From Soonwooa sp. (GTDB lineage: Bacteria; Bacteroidota; Bacteroidia; Flavobacteriales; Weeksellaceae), in NCBI RefSeq assembly GCF_030151385.1, contig NZ_JASLDS010000045.1:19945-83944 (forward strand): DNA of 64,000 bases, given 5' to 3'. Position numbers and translations under genes: made by a program. The notes under the pieces were generated by a model, which worked only from the letters and a program-made list of their open reading frames with translations, made no database searches and had not been told where the DNA came from. Each line of letters opens with the position of its first letter. Positions within the stretch are counted from its first letter, which is position 1. Below, piece after piece: positions 40,310 through 50,374 of this stretch.

Positions 40310-40496
40310 ATTATAAAATTTGATTTTTAATCAAGCCTGCAAAACTACGTACTAACAAGGCTAAAACTCTTCAAGTCAAAGATGATATAACTCATATAAC
40401 TAGCTTTAATAAAAGGACATACATAACAAATTCAATCTTTAAATTTGCTAATAAAATCATCTTTAAGTTGAAAACGCCTTAACTTAAAAACAAAAA

Positions 40497-40520
40497 AAAC
40501 TCCAACAAAAGCTGGAGTTT
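40497..40520 (-). terminator. Intrinsic terminator after hsp20
   Basis: aaactcca/tggagttt stem plus U tract on the minus strand. Confidence 0.65.
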
Positions 40521-40561
40521 AGGATATATAATTTTAAATTTAGTTTTACAGAAATCGACTT

Positions 40562-41020
40562 TTAGTGAATGTCAATTTTTTGTGCAGGCAAATTATGTTC
40601 CGGATCTTTTGGTAAAATAATGGTTAAAATTCCGTCTTCATAAGTTGCTGAAACCACTTCCGATTTCACTTTGCTTGTTAATTGGAAAGAACGCTCGAAG
40701 CTCGTCGGATAATATTCTTGATAAACGATATTTTGAGGTTCCGAAGTTTGCGTTTCGTTGTAAGCGATTTTCAAAACATTGTTTTTAATCGAAACATTGA
40801 AAGCTTCTTTTTTCAGTCCTGCAGCGAAAAGCTGTAAGGCAAAATAATCTTCACTTTCCGAGATATTAACAGGTTTATGTGCACTCAATTTTTCGGCTAC
40901 AGCTTCCTTAAAAGGATGATTTGAGCTAAAAAATTTGTCACGACATCTGTCGAATTTTTGGTTAAAATTATTTCTGCAGTGGTCTTTTTTACTTCTTGTA
41001 TTTTGAGTTGTTGAAAACAT
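40562..41020 (-). CDS. Hsp20/alpha-crystallin small heat shock protein
   Basis: PVNISE, FERSFQL, ATYEDGILTIILPK. Confidence 0.92.
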   Translation of the reverse strand: MFSTTQNTRSKKDHCRNNFNQKFDRCRDKFFSSNHPFKEAVAEKLSAHKPVNISESEDYFALQLFAAGLKKEAFNVSIKNNVLKIAYNETQTSEPQNIVYQEYYPTSFERSFQLTSKVKSEVVSATYEDGILTIILPKDPEHNLPAQKIDIH

Positions 41021-41046
41021 ATTGTTTAATTTTTAATATTGATAAA

Positions 41047-41340
41047 TTATTGAATTGGGATAATGGCAAGATTTTCAGATCTTGAAGCTTGGAAACTCGG
41101 TTGAACCGCATAGTTTTGCTCAGAATTTCTATCGAAACTTATTGGCGAATTATCGTAATAATTGATATACTCGCGTTGTCTTCTTCTGGCAAATTTACGA
41201 GCGACTAAAGTTCCGATGCCTGCAGCGACAGTTCCTAACAAAAGCAGTTTGAAAATCGTCCCGATTATTAATGTTGCGATACCAGCGATAATCGTAACTC
41301 CGACTAATCTTGGCAATAAAAAACGCATTTTATTTTTCAT
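41047..41340 (-). CDS. Small membrane protein
   Basis: N-terminal hydrophobic hairpin followed by basic patch. Confidence 0.7.
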   Translation of the reverse strand: MKNKMRFLLPRLVGVTIIAGIATLIIGTIFKLLLLGTVAAGIGTLVARKFARRRQREYINYYDNSPISFDRNSEQNYAVQPSFQASRSENLAIIPIQ

Positions 41341-41384
41341 TTTTTTGATTTTAAAGTTTGTAATTCTAAAGGCCTTTTTATGGA

Positions 41385-41411
41385 AGACGCACCAAAATTT
41401 GTTTTACTTTA
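41385..41411 (-). promoter_or_regulatory. Putative ECF sigma promoter
   Basis: TAAAGTAAA-N13-CGTCT, same motif and spacing as 42522-42548. Confidence 0.7.
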
Positions 41412-41464
41412 AAATTTTAAAAAATATTTTTAAAAACTTTTGCAAAAGGCTAATTAACAACACC

Positions 41465-41553
41465 TTGTCTTTTCGACGAAAGAGAAATTTTTTATTTAAA
41501 AAGAGATTCTTCGCTGCGCTCTGAAATCGAAGATTCGGCGAAGCCAATGACAA
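41465..41553 (-). repeat. Palindromic REP-like repeat family C, copy 1 (with insert)
   Basis: Reverse complement ttgtcatt[ggcttcgccgaatcttcgattt]cagagcgcagcgaagaatctc; matches 56001-56070. Confidence 0.85.
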
Positions 41554-41597
41554 AACAAAAAAAACTCCCAAAACCTTTCGATTTTGGGAGTTTATAT

Positions 41598-41936
41598 CTA
41601 TCTACCAAACTTGCAGCGATCGCCAAAACGCTTGCGCCATTCTTCACGGAAACGCTCTTTATCATCGTCTGTCATTTGAGGCATTTCTCGGTTACATTTA
41701 TCTTTAAAATGACCTTTTCCGCGGCCACCACCATTGAAACCTCCAAATAAAATTTTGGACAAAATCAATATTCCGAAAGCTTGCCAATAGGTTATACTTT
41801 TAACACCTAAAATCTCTGGCAAAAGCATATTCCAAAGCCATTGCACAAACCAAACCAATAAAAATGCCAAGCCAATACCTATCGGAAAGGCGAGCCAAAA
41901 TTTCTTTTTATTTCTATGTCTAAATTTCGGATTCAT
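41598..41936 (-). CDS. Small membrane protein cotranscribed with ECF sigma
   Basis: VQWLWNMLLP...ITYWQAFGILILSKILFGG; 1 nt gap after the sigma gene. Confidence 0.8.
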   Translation of the reverse strand: MNPKFRHRNKKKFWLAFPIGIGLAFLLVWFVQWLWNMLLPEILGVKSITYWQAFGILILSKILFGGFNGGGRGKGHFKDKCNREMPQMTDDDKERFREEWRKRFGDRCKFGR

Positions 41937-41937
41937 T

Positions 41938-42513
41938 TTAATATTTAAGTTCGTTGTACAAATGTCTTAATTTTACGCGAAGATGCTTCACAGCATAACC
42001 TTTTCGGCTGATAATTGTCTTGAGGTTTTCATTTTCCTCGTCCGCAATTTCCTGCAAAGTACGGTCTTCTATTTCATTCTGAATAAAAACGCGACGTTGA
42101 TTTTCGGGAAGTTCTTCCAAAGCTTTCATCAACTCGTCCCAAAAAATATCTTTAAACATCTTTAACTCGGGATTGTTGGAATCGTCCGCCAAAAGAATTT
42201 CTTTTATGCTAAAACTTCCATCTTCGTCCTCGTAGACGTAATCTTCCAGCGAGTCGCTTTTCTTTTTTCGGTAATTGTCGGTGATTTTGTTTCGCGTTAC
42301 GGAATATAGCCAAGCGCTCACATTTTCCAAATCGTCGATGTTGGTCAAACGGCTGGTCTGATACCACACTTCCTGCAAAATATCTTCTGCATCCTCAACT
42401 TTGCTCACTTTACCCTTGATAAAGCGCAGCAATTGCGAGCCGTAATTTTTGACGACTTCGGTAAGTGAAGCAGATTGTTTTTCAGCCATTTTATCCAAAT
42501 ATAGCGAGTCCAT
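41938..42513 (-). CDS. ECF RNA polymerase sigma factor
   Basis: DAEDILQEVW, WLYSVTRNKITD, LEELPENQRRVF, TLQEIA; true start may be 42489. Confidence 0.93.
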   Translation of the reverse strand: MDSLYLDKMAEKQSASLTEVVKNYGSQLLRFIKGKVSKVEDAEDILQEVWYQTSRLTNIDDLENVSAWLYSVTRNKITDNYRKKKSDSLEDYVYEDEDGSFSIKEILLADDSNNPELKMFKDIFWDELMKALEELPENQRRVFIQNEIEDRTLQEIADEENENLKTIISRKGYAVKHLRVKLRHLYNELKY

Positions 42514-42521
42514 ATTGAAGT

Positions 42522-42548
42522 AGACGAAGCTGAAACGAATTTACTTTA
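42522..42548 (-). promoter_or_regulatory. Putative ECF autoregulatory promoter
   Basis: TAAAGTAAA-N13-CGTCT directly upstream of the sigma gene. Confidence 0.7.
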
Positions 42549-43224
42549 ACTTTTTTAAAAAATTTATTTTAAAACTTTCCCCAATTGGAATTTCGGTGTC
42601 TGAAATAAGTAAAACAGACTTGCTATCAACCGATTTTATGTGATTAAGATTGAGAATATAGGATTTGTGAACTCGGCAGAATAAAGAATCCGGAAGCTTT
42701 TCTTCCATAGATTTCAAAGTGTCGAGGACGATATATTCTTGGTTTTGGGTTTTGATGTTTACATAATCTTTAATGCTTTCGATGTACAAAATATCGTCAA
42801 ACAAAATTTTATGTTGCTGTCCAGAAGATTTAATGAAAAAGTAATTTTTCTCAGATTCCTGCACGCTTGCAAAACGTTCTTTTGCTTTTTCAATTCCTTT
42901 TTGGAAGCGCGAAATCGTAATTGGCTTCAGCAAATAATCAATCACATTATGTTCGTAACCCTCCAGGGCAAATTCTGAATAAGCAGTGGTTAGGATATAC
43001 TTTACTTTGTCACCAACGATTTTCATAAAGTTGATACCTGACAATTCGGGCATTTGGATGTCTAGAAAAACCAAGTCAACATCATTGTTTTGGATAAACT
43101 CAATCGCTTCAATGGGATTCAGAAAAGTTGACAACAACTCAAAGTTTGGCGTCTCGGAAACATATTTTTCCAAAAGTGAAACCGCCAAAGGCTCGTCGTC
43201 GATGATGATGGTTTTTATGTTCAT
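42541..43224 (-). CDS. LytTR-family response regulator
   Basis: IIDDEP, FLDIQMP, TTAY, YLLKP, RVHKSYILN. Confidence 0.95.
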   Translation of the reverse strand: MNIKTIIIDDEPLAVSLLEKYVSETPNFELLSTFLNPIEAIEFIQNNDVDLVFLDIQMPELSGINFMKIVGDKVKYILTTAYSEFALEGYEHNVIDYLLKPITISRFQKGIEKAKERFASVQESEKNYFFIKSSGQQHKILFDDILYIESIKDYVNIKTQNQEYIVLDTLKSMEEKLPDSLFCRVHKSYILNLNHIKSVDSKSVLLISDTEIPIGESFKINFLKKLK

Positions 43225-43231
43225 GCTTTTT

Positions 43232-43259
43232 TGTACAATGTATTATGTAAAATGTACGA
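43232..43259. repeat. Degenerate heptamer tandem repeat
   Basis: tgtacaa-tgtatta-tgtaaaa-tgtacga. Confidence 0.6.
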
Positions 43260-43276
43260 TATATTTTATAGTTCGT

Positions 43277-43361
43277 TTGTCATTGGCTTCGCCGACTCTT
43301 CGATTTCCGAGGAACGAGGAATCTCAATTATAGAGATTCATCACTACGTTCTGAATGACAA
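43277..43361 (+). repeat. Repeat family C, copy 2 (with insert)
   Basis: ttgtcatt[ggcttcgccgactcttcgattt]ccgaggaacgaggaatctc...gagattc...gaatgacaa. Confidence 0.85.
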
Positions 43362-43397
43362 TATCGCAGATTTCTTGGCTCTTCGTTCTAAAAATCT

Positions 43398-44399
43398 CTA
43401 CAGCTCAATCTTCAACTCAACTACAAAAAGATTTTCTTTATCTGAAATATGCAGTTCGTGTTTGTTGGGATAAATCAGTTCCAAACGCTTTTTAACATTG
43501 CCGATTCCGATTCCTGAAGTGTGGTCTTTGGAACCTTGTCGCTTTTGGTTTTCGATTCGGAAATTTAGAATATAATTTTCTTCTTTTAAATCAATTTTCA
43601 TTTCATGTTCGTTGAAATCACCGTGTTTAAAAGCATTTTCAACAAACGGAACCAATAACATCGGCGAAATTTGCAAATTTTCGTTCTGAATATTCTTTTC
43701 AAAAATAATCTTTTCAGGATTTCTGATGCGCAGTTTTTCTAAGGCAATCAAACTTTCTATATAACCTACTTCACGTTTTAGTGGAATAAAATCTTGCTGC
43801 AAATCTTTGGTTGAATAACGCAACAACTCGCTTAATTCTTCAATCGCAGGAAGCGCTTTATCGGATTTCTGATAGACCAAAGAATAAATATTATTCAGAG
43901 AGTTAAAAATAAAATGCGGATTGATTTGGGTTTTTAACGCTTGAATTTCCGCTGTTTTTTTTTCCGAAATCAGCTGAACTCTTTCTTCTTCTACTTTCAT
44001 AAATTTATATATCAAACTAAAAACCGTGGAAATAAAAATCGTAGTCGAACTAAAATAAATATTATCAAAAAAATAAAATCCAAATCCAGTTTCAGGTGCG
44101 TAATTTCCACGACCGATATACATCGGCAATAAGGTTTCTTCAATAAAATACCTAACAAGAACGAAACAAAAAACGCTTATAAAAAAACCGATTAAGGTTT
44201 TATATAGTTTATGAATGTCGAAAAACTTAGGAACAACGAAGAAGTAATTGACATAAAAACAAATAAACGCCGTGACAAAAAACGTGACATTGAGTATTAT
44301 GTGGTCAGACTTAAATACAAATTTTGGCACCAAAATACTTCCGGCAAAGTTGAGTACCCAAAAGACGATATGTAAACCAACGAGTTGCTTATTTTTCAT
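43398..44399 (-). CDS. LytS-type sensor histidine kinase
   Basis: TM helices, LKTQINPHFIFNSLNNIY, VENAFKHG, GIGIGNV; start placed at MKNKQ. Confidence 0.93.
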   Translation of the reverse strand: MKNKQLVGLHIVFWVLNFAGSILVPKFVFKSDHIILNVTFFVTAFICFYVNYFFVVPKFFDIHKLYKTLIGFFISVFCFVLVRYFIEETLLPMYIGRGNYAPETGFGFYFFDNIYFSSTTIFISTVFSLIYKFMKVEEERVQLISEKKTAEIQALKTQINPHFIFNSLNNIYSLVYQKSDKALPAIEELSELLRYSTKDLQQDFIPLKREVGYIESLIALEKLRIRNPEKIIFEKNIQNENLQISPMLLVPFVENAFKHGDFNEHEMKIDLKEENYILNFRIENQKRQGSKDHTSGIGIGNVKKRLELIYPNKHELHISDKENLFVVELKIEL

Positions 44400-44592
44400 A
44401 CCCAAATGTAAGTTAGAATTTGCTTTAAATTCAAACATAAATCGACAAAACCACATTTTTCTCCGACGAAAAAAAATTAGTCCGATATTCTTAAAGCTTG
44501 GTCTAAACGCTATTTCAAAAGACTTAGCTGGTAAATACCTTTGTCCTATCGAAATAATCACTCAAATAATTTTTATTAAAAATAATTTAAAG

Positions 44593-45426
44593 ATGAAAAC
44601 TTTAGTAACTGCATTTTTTATCATTTTATCGACATTTAACTTTGCTCAAGATAAAATAAATGTTATTTTGATTGGTACTTTTCACTTCAACAATCCAGGT
44701 CTTGATGCTGCAAAAGTAAAAGAGAGAAATATTTTAGAGCAATCTAATCAAAATGACCTGAACCAAATTGTAAAAACTTTAAAAAGCAGCTATAAACCAG
44801 ACAAAGTTTTTGTCGAAAATCCTTTTGAAGACCGTAAAACTCTCGATAAAAGGTATGATTTGTACAAGCAAGGAAAAGCTTACTACAAGGCAGATACTAT
44901 GAAATATGCTTTTGACAAGAGAATGCTAAATGAAAATGAAATCTATCAGTTGGGATTTCGATTAGCAAAAGAGGCAGGCAATCAAAAGATTTATTCTATT
45001 GACTATCCAAGTGATATGAATCTTGGTGCTTTGGAAAACAAAATCAGCTTAAACCCATCGCTTTCAATGTTGGATTTCCAAACAAGAATAAAGCAACTTT
45101 CAGAAAGTTCAAATGCGTGCCTTAGCGAAAGTAGATTACAAAAAACTTTTAAATGTCTTAATACGGATGAGAGATATTCAGAAAATAAAGGACTGTACAT
45201 TTCATTTTTCAACAAAATTAACAAAGCACCAGATTTCTATGGTTCTCAATTGGTTGCAGATTGGCACAAGAGAAATTTAATTATGTACTCATACATTCAA
45301 AATCAAATCGAAAAAGGTGACAAAAATATTGTCGTAATCGTTGGGTATGGGCATGCTGCCATGATGTATGATTTCTTCAAAAACGATACACAATTCAATA
45401 TCATCAATCTAAACAACATTTTTTAA
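44593..45426 (+). CDS. DUF5694-like secreted protein
   Basis: Signal peptide from MKTLV; IGTFHFNNP, EIYQLGFRLA, WHKRN, GYGH. Confidence 0.75.
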   Translation: MKTLVTAFFIILSTFNFAQDKINVILIGTFHFNNPGLDAAKVKERNILEQSNQNDLNQIVKTLKSSYKPDKVFVENPFEDRKTLDKRYDLYKQGKAYYKADTMKYAFDKRMLNENEIYQLGFRLAKEAGNQKIYSIDYPSDMNLGALENKISLNPSLSMLDFQTRIKQLSESSNACLSESRLQKTFKCLNTDERYSENKGLYISFFNKINKAPDFYGSQLVADWHKRNLIMYSYIQNQIEKGDKNIVVIVGYGHAAMMYDFFKNDTQFNIINLNNIF

Positions 45427-45462
45427 AAACAAAAACTATCCCTAATTAAGCAAGTTAGCATC

Positions 45463-47589
45463 ATGAAGAAGACTACTATATTTTTAGCCCTTATTTGTCA
45501 AGGTTTACTGATTGCGCAAAGCAAAACCGACACCATAAAAACTACGAAATCTATTGAAGAAGTAAAAATAACTTCAACTAAAAAATTAATTGAACGTAAA
45601 GCCGACCGTTTGGTTTTCAACGTTGATGCTTCGATGGCATCACAAGGAATGGACGCCGTGGAAACTCTTGCAAATGTTCCGATGTTGAATGTGAACGAGG
45701 AAAAAAATACGATTTCGATTGTTGGAAAAAGCAGCGTTTCGGTGATGGTAAACGGCAGAATGCTGAATATTTCGGGCGACGCTTTGGTGAATTACCTTAA
45801 AACTATTCGTTCTGAAAACATTGCAAAAGTGGAAGTTATCACAACGCCACCAGCAAAATACGAAGCCGCAGGAAATAGCGGAATTTTGAACATCGTATTA
45901 AAGAAAAATCCGAATATGGGTTTCAGCGGAAATATCGGAACTGGACTTCATCAAAGAAGTTATTTTGGTGGAAATGCGAACGGAACTTTGAATTATCAAA
46001 CCGAAAAACTTAGTTTGAGTTTTAAAACCAATTATTTGAACTCCGCAAAACGTTCTATCGAAAATTACAGCATTCTCGGAAGTACCGACAGTTACAGTCA
46101 TTCTCGCAGAAAAGACATGTGGAAAAGTATTGCGCCAAGTCTGAATATGTCTTATAAACTCAGCAAAAACTCAGAGATTGGATTTAATTATTTGTTTACA
46201 CACCAAACGCCAGATATGGACATTGTGAACACAACCAATTATTTTCAGAATGCTCAAAATATCGAAAATCTGTTTACCAACACGAAGCATCGCGAAAAAA
46301 ACACGATGAATACTTTGGGCGTTTATTATGATTTGAAATTGGATTCTATTGGTAAAAAGTTGAGTTTCACAGGGAATTATTACGGAAACAATGCCACGAC
46401 AAATGTAAATTTTAACACCTTAAAATCTTCCGACGAAAGTTTAGCTTTTGTAAAAACTATTTCGATTATAAAACCTGAAATTTTCTCTGGTCAAGCCGAT
46501 TTGGAACTTCCCTACTCTTTCGGAACTATTGAGACTGGTGCAAAATTTAATCAATTCAAAAACTCAACCGATATTGGTTATTATAATCTTCAAAATCAGG
46601 ATTGGGAGATTGATGCGACGCGTTCTAATCTTTTTCAGTACAAGGAACAGAACTATGCAGGATATTTTAGTTTCGCAAAAACCTTTAACGAAAAATGGTC
46701 AACAAAAGTTGGACTTCGTTATGAGCTTACGAATGTTGATGCGTACACTCCGCAAACCGATGAACGCAACAAATACAGCTATGGAGAGTGGTTTCCGTCG
46801 GCTTACATCAATTATAAAAACGACAAAAACTCCTACACGATTTCGTATTCACGAAGAATAAATCGCCCCGACATGGACAATTTGAATCCATTTCGTTGGT
46901 ATTCGAATACGTTATCTTATTCTTCGGGAAACCCTTTATTGAAGCCATCTTACATGAATAATTTCGAATTGGGTTATACGTATAACAATAAATTTAATGC
47001 GAGTTTGTACTATTTACGTCAAACGAATGGTTTTGGGCAAGTGTCTTTCCAAAATGGTTTAGAAAGCTACGGAACCTATCTTAACACTTATGACAGCAAT
47101 TTTTATGGAGCAACTGTTTCGTACACGGACAAAATCAAACCTTGGTGGGAAATCTCAACTTACGTAAATGCTTCTTTAACCGATTCGAAAGTTTACAATA
47201 TTGAAGCAACGCCGAGAAAAGGGACAACTTTCGACTACAGCATCCGAAATACGTTTACTTTGAACAAAGCAAAAACGATTAATTTCTTCTTGAACTTTAG
47301 TCAAAACTTGCCTTATCACAACGTGAATTCTTATTTCCATAGTTTCACGAATTTAGATTCTGGGATAAAAATCGCTTTGATGGAAAAACAGCTTCAAATC
47401 AACGCTTCGGTTTCTAATATTTTCGGGCAGTATTGGAAAGGTGATATTTATTACGCAGACAACAGCCAACATTTCAACAATTATTGGGACGGCCGAGGTT
47501 TTAGGCTGAGTGTGAATTACACTTTCGGAAATAAAAAAGTAAAAGAAAGTCGCAGCATCGATTTTGAGGAAAAAAGTAGAGCGAAGTAG
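45463..47589 (+). CDS. TonB-dependent-like outer membrane beta-barrel protein
   Basis: IERKADRLVFNV, TPPAKYEAAG, YSRRINRP, GNPLLKP. Confidence 0.88.
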   Translation: MKKTTIFLALICQGLLIAQSKTDTIKTTKSIEEVKITSTKKLIERKADRLVFNVDASMASQGMDAVETLANVPMLNVNEEKNTISIVGKSSVSVMVNGRMLNISGDALVNYLKTIRSENIAKVEVITTPPAKYEAAGNSGILNIVLKKNPNMGFSGNIGTGLHQRSYFGGNANGTLNYQTEKLSLSFKTNYLNSAKRSIENYSILGSTDSYSHSRRKDMWKSIAPSLNMSYKLSKNSEIGFNYLFTHQTPDMDIVNTTNYFQNAQNIENLFTNTKHREKNTMNTLGVYYDLKLDSIGKKLSFTGNYYGNNATTNVNFNTLKSSDESLAFVKTISIIKPEIFSGQADLELPYSFGTIETGAKFNQFKNSTDIGYYNLQNQDWEIDATRSNLFQYKEQNYAGYFSFAKTFNEKWSTKVGLRYELTNVDAYTPQTDERNKYSYGEWFPSAYINYKNDKNSYTISYSRRINRPDMDNLNPFRWYSNTLSYSSGNPLLKPSYMNNFELGYTYNNKFNASLYYLRQTNGFGQVSFQNGLESYGTYLNTYDSNFYGATVSYTDKIKPWWEISTYVNASLTDSKVYNIEATPRKGTTFDYSIRNTFTLNKAKTINFFLNFSQNLPYHNVNSYFHSFTNLDSGIKIALMEKQLQINASVSNIFGQYWKGDIYYADNSQHFNNYWDGRGFRLSVNYTFGNKKVKESRSIDFEEKSRAK

Positions 47590-47798
47590 AATTTCTATTT
47601 TAAACTTTAAATATTTAATTCAAAAAAAATCATATTCAAATTAATATTTACTTTCAAAACACGTTTCAGACTTTGAAGCGTGTTTTTACTTTTTTAAAAA
47701 CAATTATTCAGAATTTTTTTGGCATATATTTTAATACTACTTTCTAATCACAGTCACTATAAAAGTCAATCACAAATAACCACCAAATACCAAAAATT

Positions 47799-49528
47799 AT
47801 GAGCAAAAATGTTTCTGAACAAATTGTAGAAATGCTTGTGGAAGCAGGCATCAAAAGAATATATGCTGTAACTGGCGACAGTCTTAACCACCTTAACGAC
47901 GCTGTCCGCCGAAACGGAAAAATCGATTGGATACACGTTCGTCACGAAGAAGTTGGCGCTTACGCCGCCGCTGCCGAAGCCGAACTCGATGGACTTGCCG
48001 TTTGTGCAGGAAGTTGCGGTCCGGGACACGTACATCTTATTAATGGTGTTTACGATGCCAATCGAGCGCACGTTCCGCTTTTGGTAATTGCTTCAACCAT
48101 TAATACGCACGAATTTGGAACTGATTATTTTCAGGAAACCAATACCATAAAGCTTTTTGACGATTGTAGCGTTTATAACCAAATGATTACGACGGCGCAA
48201 CAAGCTCCGAGAATGCTGCAAATTGCGATTCAGCATGCGATTAGTAAAAAAGGTGCTGCGGTTATCGGTCTTCCGGGCGATGTTTCGGAATTGCCAGCCG
48301 AAGAAAATCTAACTTCTAATCAATATTTTTTCACGAAGCCGATTATCAGACCAAATGACATCGAGCTCAATCAATTAGCAAAACTGATTAATGAAAATGA
48401 TAAAATCACTTTGTACTGCGGTATCGGAGCCGAAAATGCTCATGATGAAGTGGTACAACTTTCAAAATATCTGAGTGCGCCTGTTGGCTATTCTTTCCGT
48501 GGAAAAATGGGAATTCAGTACGAAAACCCTAATGAAATTGGCATGACAGGACTTCTTGGCCTTCCATCGGCTTACCACAGTATGCACGAATCCGACTTGG
48601 TCATTCTGCTGGGAACCGACTTTCCATACGAAGCTTTTATGCCGACAAAAAATAAAATTGTCCAAATTGATACCGCTTCCGAAAGATTGGGAAGACGAGC
48701 AAAATTAGAACTCGGACTTTGCGGTGACGTTGCGGAAACCATAAAAGCTTTAATGCCATTAATTCAACAAAAAACGGATGCTTCATTTTTGGAAGACCAA
48801 CTGAAAGTCTATGGAAAAGTAAAAGAAAACCTCGAAACTTATGTCAAAGATTCTGGAAATGCCAGCAATATTCAACACCTGAGTTTCTGGCAAGTATGTT
48901 GTGTAAACATGCTGCAGATGACGCCATCTTCACAGTGGATACAGGAATGACTTGCGTTTGGGGCGCTCGATTTATTCGTTCCACAGGCAAACGAAAAATG
49001 TTAGGTTCTTTTAATCATGGTTCTATGGCGAACGCAATGCCAATGTCGATTGGTGCAGCGCTTTCGCATCCTGAGCAACAAATTATTGCTATGTGTGGCG
49101 ACGGCGGAATCTCCATGCTTTTGGGCGATTTAGCAACCATTCATCAATACCAATTACCGATAAAAATTATTGTTTTTAACAATCGAACTTTGGGAATGGT
49201 TCGTTTGGAAATGCAAGTGGCTGGACTTCCCGACAACCAAACCGATATGGTAAATCCAGATTTTGCAAAAGTTGGCGAAGCGATGGGCATCACCAGCGAA
49301 AATATCCACGAACCGAATGATGTTGAAGCAGCTATCCAAAGAGCTTTTGCTCATAATGGACCTTATCTCCTCAATGTTTTCACCAATCCAAATGCACTTG
49401 CCATGCCTCCAAAAATTGAAATGAATCAAATGATTGGCATGACCAAAGCGATGACCAAATTGATGCTTGGCGGAAAAATAGACGAAGTTATCGACACTAT
49501 AAAATCCAATTACAAGCATTTAATTTAA
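47799..49528 (+). pseudogene. poxB: Pyruvate dehydrogenase (quinone)/pyruvate oxidase, frameshifted near 48876
   Basis: N-half GDSLN, RHEE, GSCGPG; C-half GSFNHGSMANA, GDGG...NN in another frame; junction att caa CA cct gag restores IQPEFLASML if 2 nt are removed. Confidence 0.85.
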
Positions 49529-49542
49529 AACCAAAATAACCG

Positions 49543-49570
49543 AAAAGCAGTACCAAAAAGTGCTGCTTTT
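49543..49570 (+). terminator. Intrinsic terminator after poxB
   Basis: aaaagcagtac/gtgctgctttt. Confidence 0.7.
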
Positions 49571-49624
49571 ATTTTGCTTCGACTAAAAAAATTATCTTTG
49601 CTAGCGAATTTGCATTATTAAAAA

Positions 49625-50374
49625 ATGACATCGACTAGCATTTTTATTACAATTTGCTTTGCTGTACTTCTTAGCGTTATTGGATTTTTGATTTCAAAAA
49701 TTACGAAACTTCAGAAGGAACGAAACGATTTAACATCTGAGACAAAAGCCCTAAAAAAGAAATTAGGTGCTGTAAAATTGGATTATATCGAGACCAAACT
49801 CAATCCTCATTTATTCAAAAATATTCTCAACTCGGTGCAGTCGCATGCGTACCAAACCTTTATTTCTTTGGATAAATTGTCAGGCGTTTTGGACTATGTT
49901 TTATACGAAAGTAGCGAGCGCTTTGTAACACCAAAACAAGAAATCGAATTTACCAAAAACCTCATCGAAATCAATAAGATAAAAGTAAATCCACTTTTTG
50001 ATTTTAGGATTAAACATAATATTGATGAAAATGATGTGGTCTTTAACGAGAAAGTTTTGTCACCTTTAATAAGCGTCGATTTTATTGAAAATGCTTTCAA
50101 GCACACCAATTTCCTTGCAGACGATTCTTTTATTTTGGTTCAGATTTCACTACAAAATAGTATTTTCGAATTAAAAGTTCAGAACAAAGTTTCCTCCAAA
50201 AATCCAATGGAAAAAGACCATAGTGGATTTGGTGCAGAATCTTTGGAACAACGTCTAAAAATGGTTTACAAGAAAAATTTCACGCTTCGAAAATCTATTC
50301 AAGACCAAGTTTTTACAGCTCATTTTAAAATTGATTTGAATGACAAATACAATCAAGTGCGTTATACTCGATGA
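49625..50374 (+). CDS. Minimal LytS-type histidine kinase (single TM)
   Basis: KLNPHLFKNILN, IENAFKH, GFG. Confidence 0.88.
   Translation: MTSTSIFITICFAVLLSVIGFLISKITKLQKERNDLTSETKALKKKLGAVKLDYIETKLNPHLFKNILNSVQSHAYQTFISLDKLSGVLDYVLYESSERFVTPKQEIEFTKNLIEINKIKVNPLFDFRIKHNIDENDVVFNEKVLSPLISVDFIENAFKHTNFLADDSFILVQISLQNSIFELKVQNKVSSKNPMEKDHSGFGAESLEQRLKMVYKKNFTLRKSIQDQVFTAHFKIDLNDKYNQVRYTR

Noticed and set aside
40385..40401. atataact direct repeat upstream of the fibre gene
   Set aside because: Only two 8-mers in AT-rich DNA, not distinguishable from chance
41162..41750. Plus-strand ORFs across the hsp20/ECF region
   Set aside because: Antisense to real genes and running through repeat C and a terminator
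44272..44592. N-terminal extension of the 384-aa ORF, and likewise of the kinase ORF to 44561
   Set aside because: The extensions overlap the opposite gene and its promoter; the signal peptide starts at 44593
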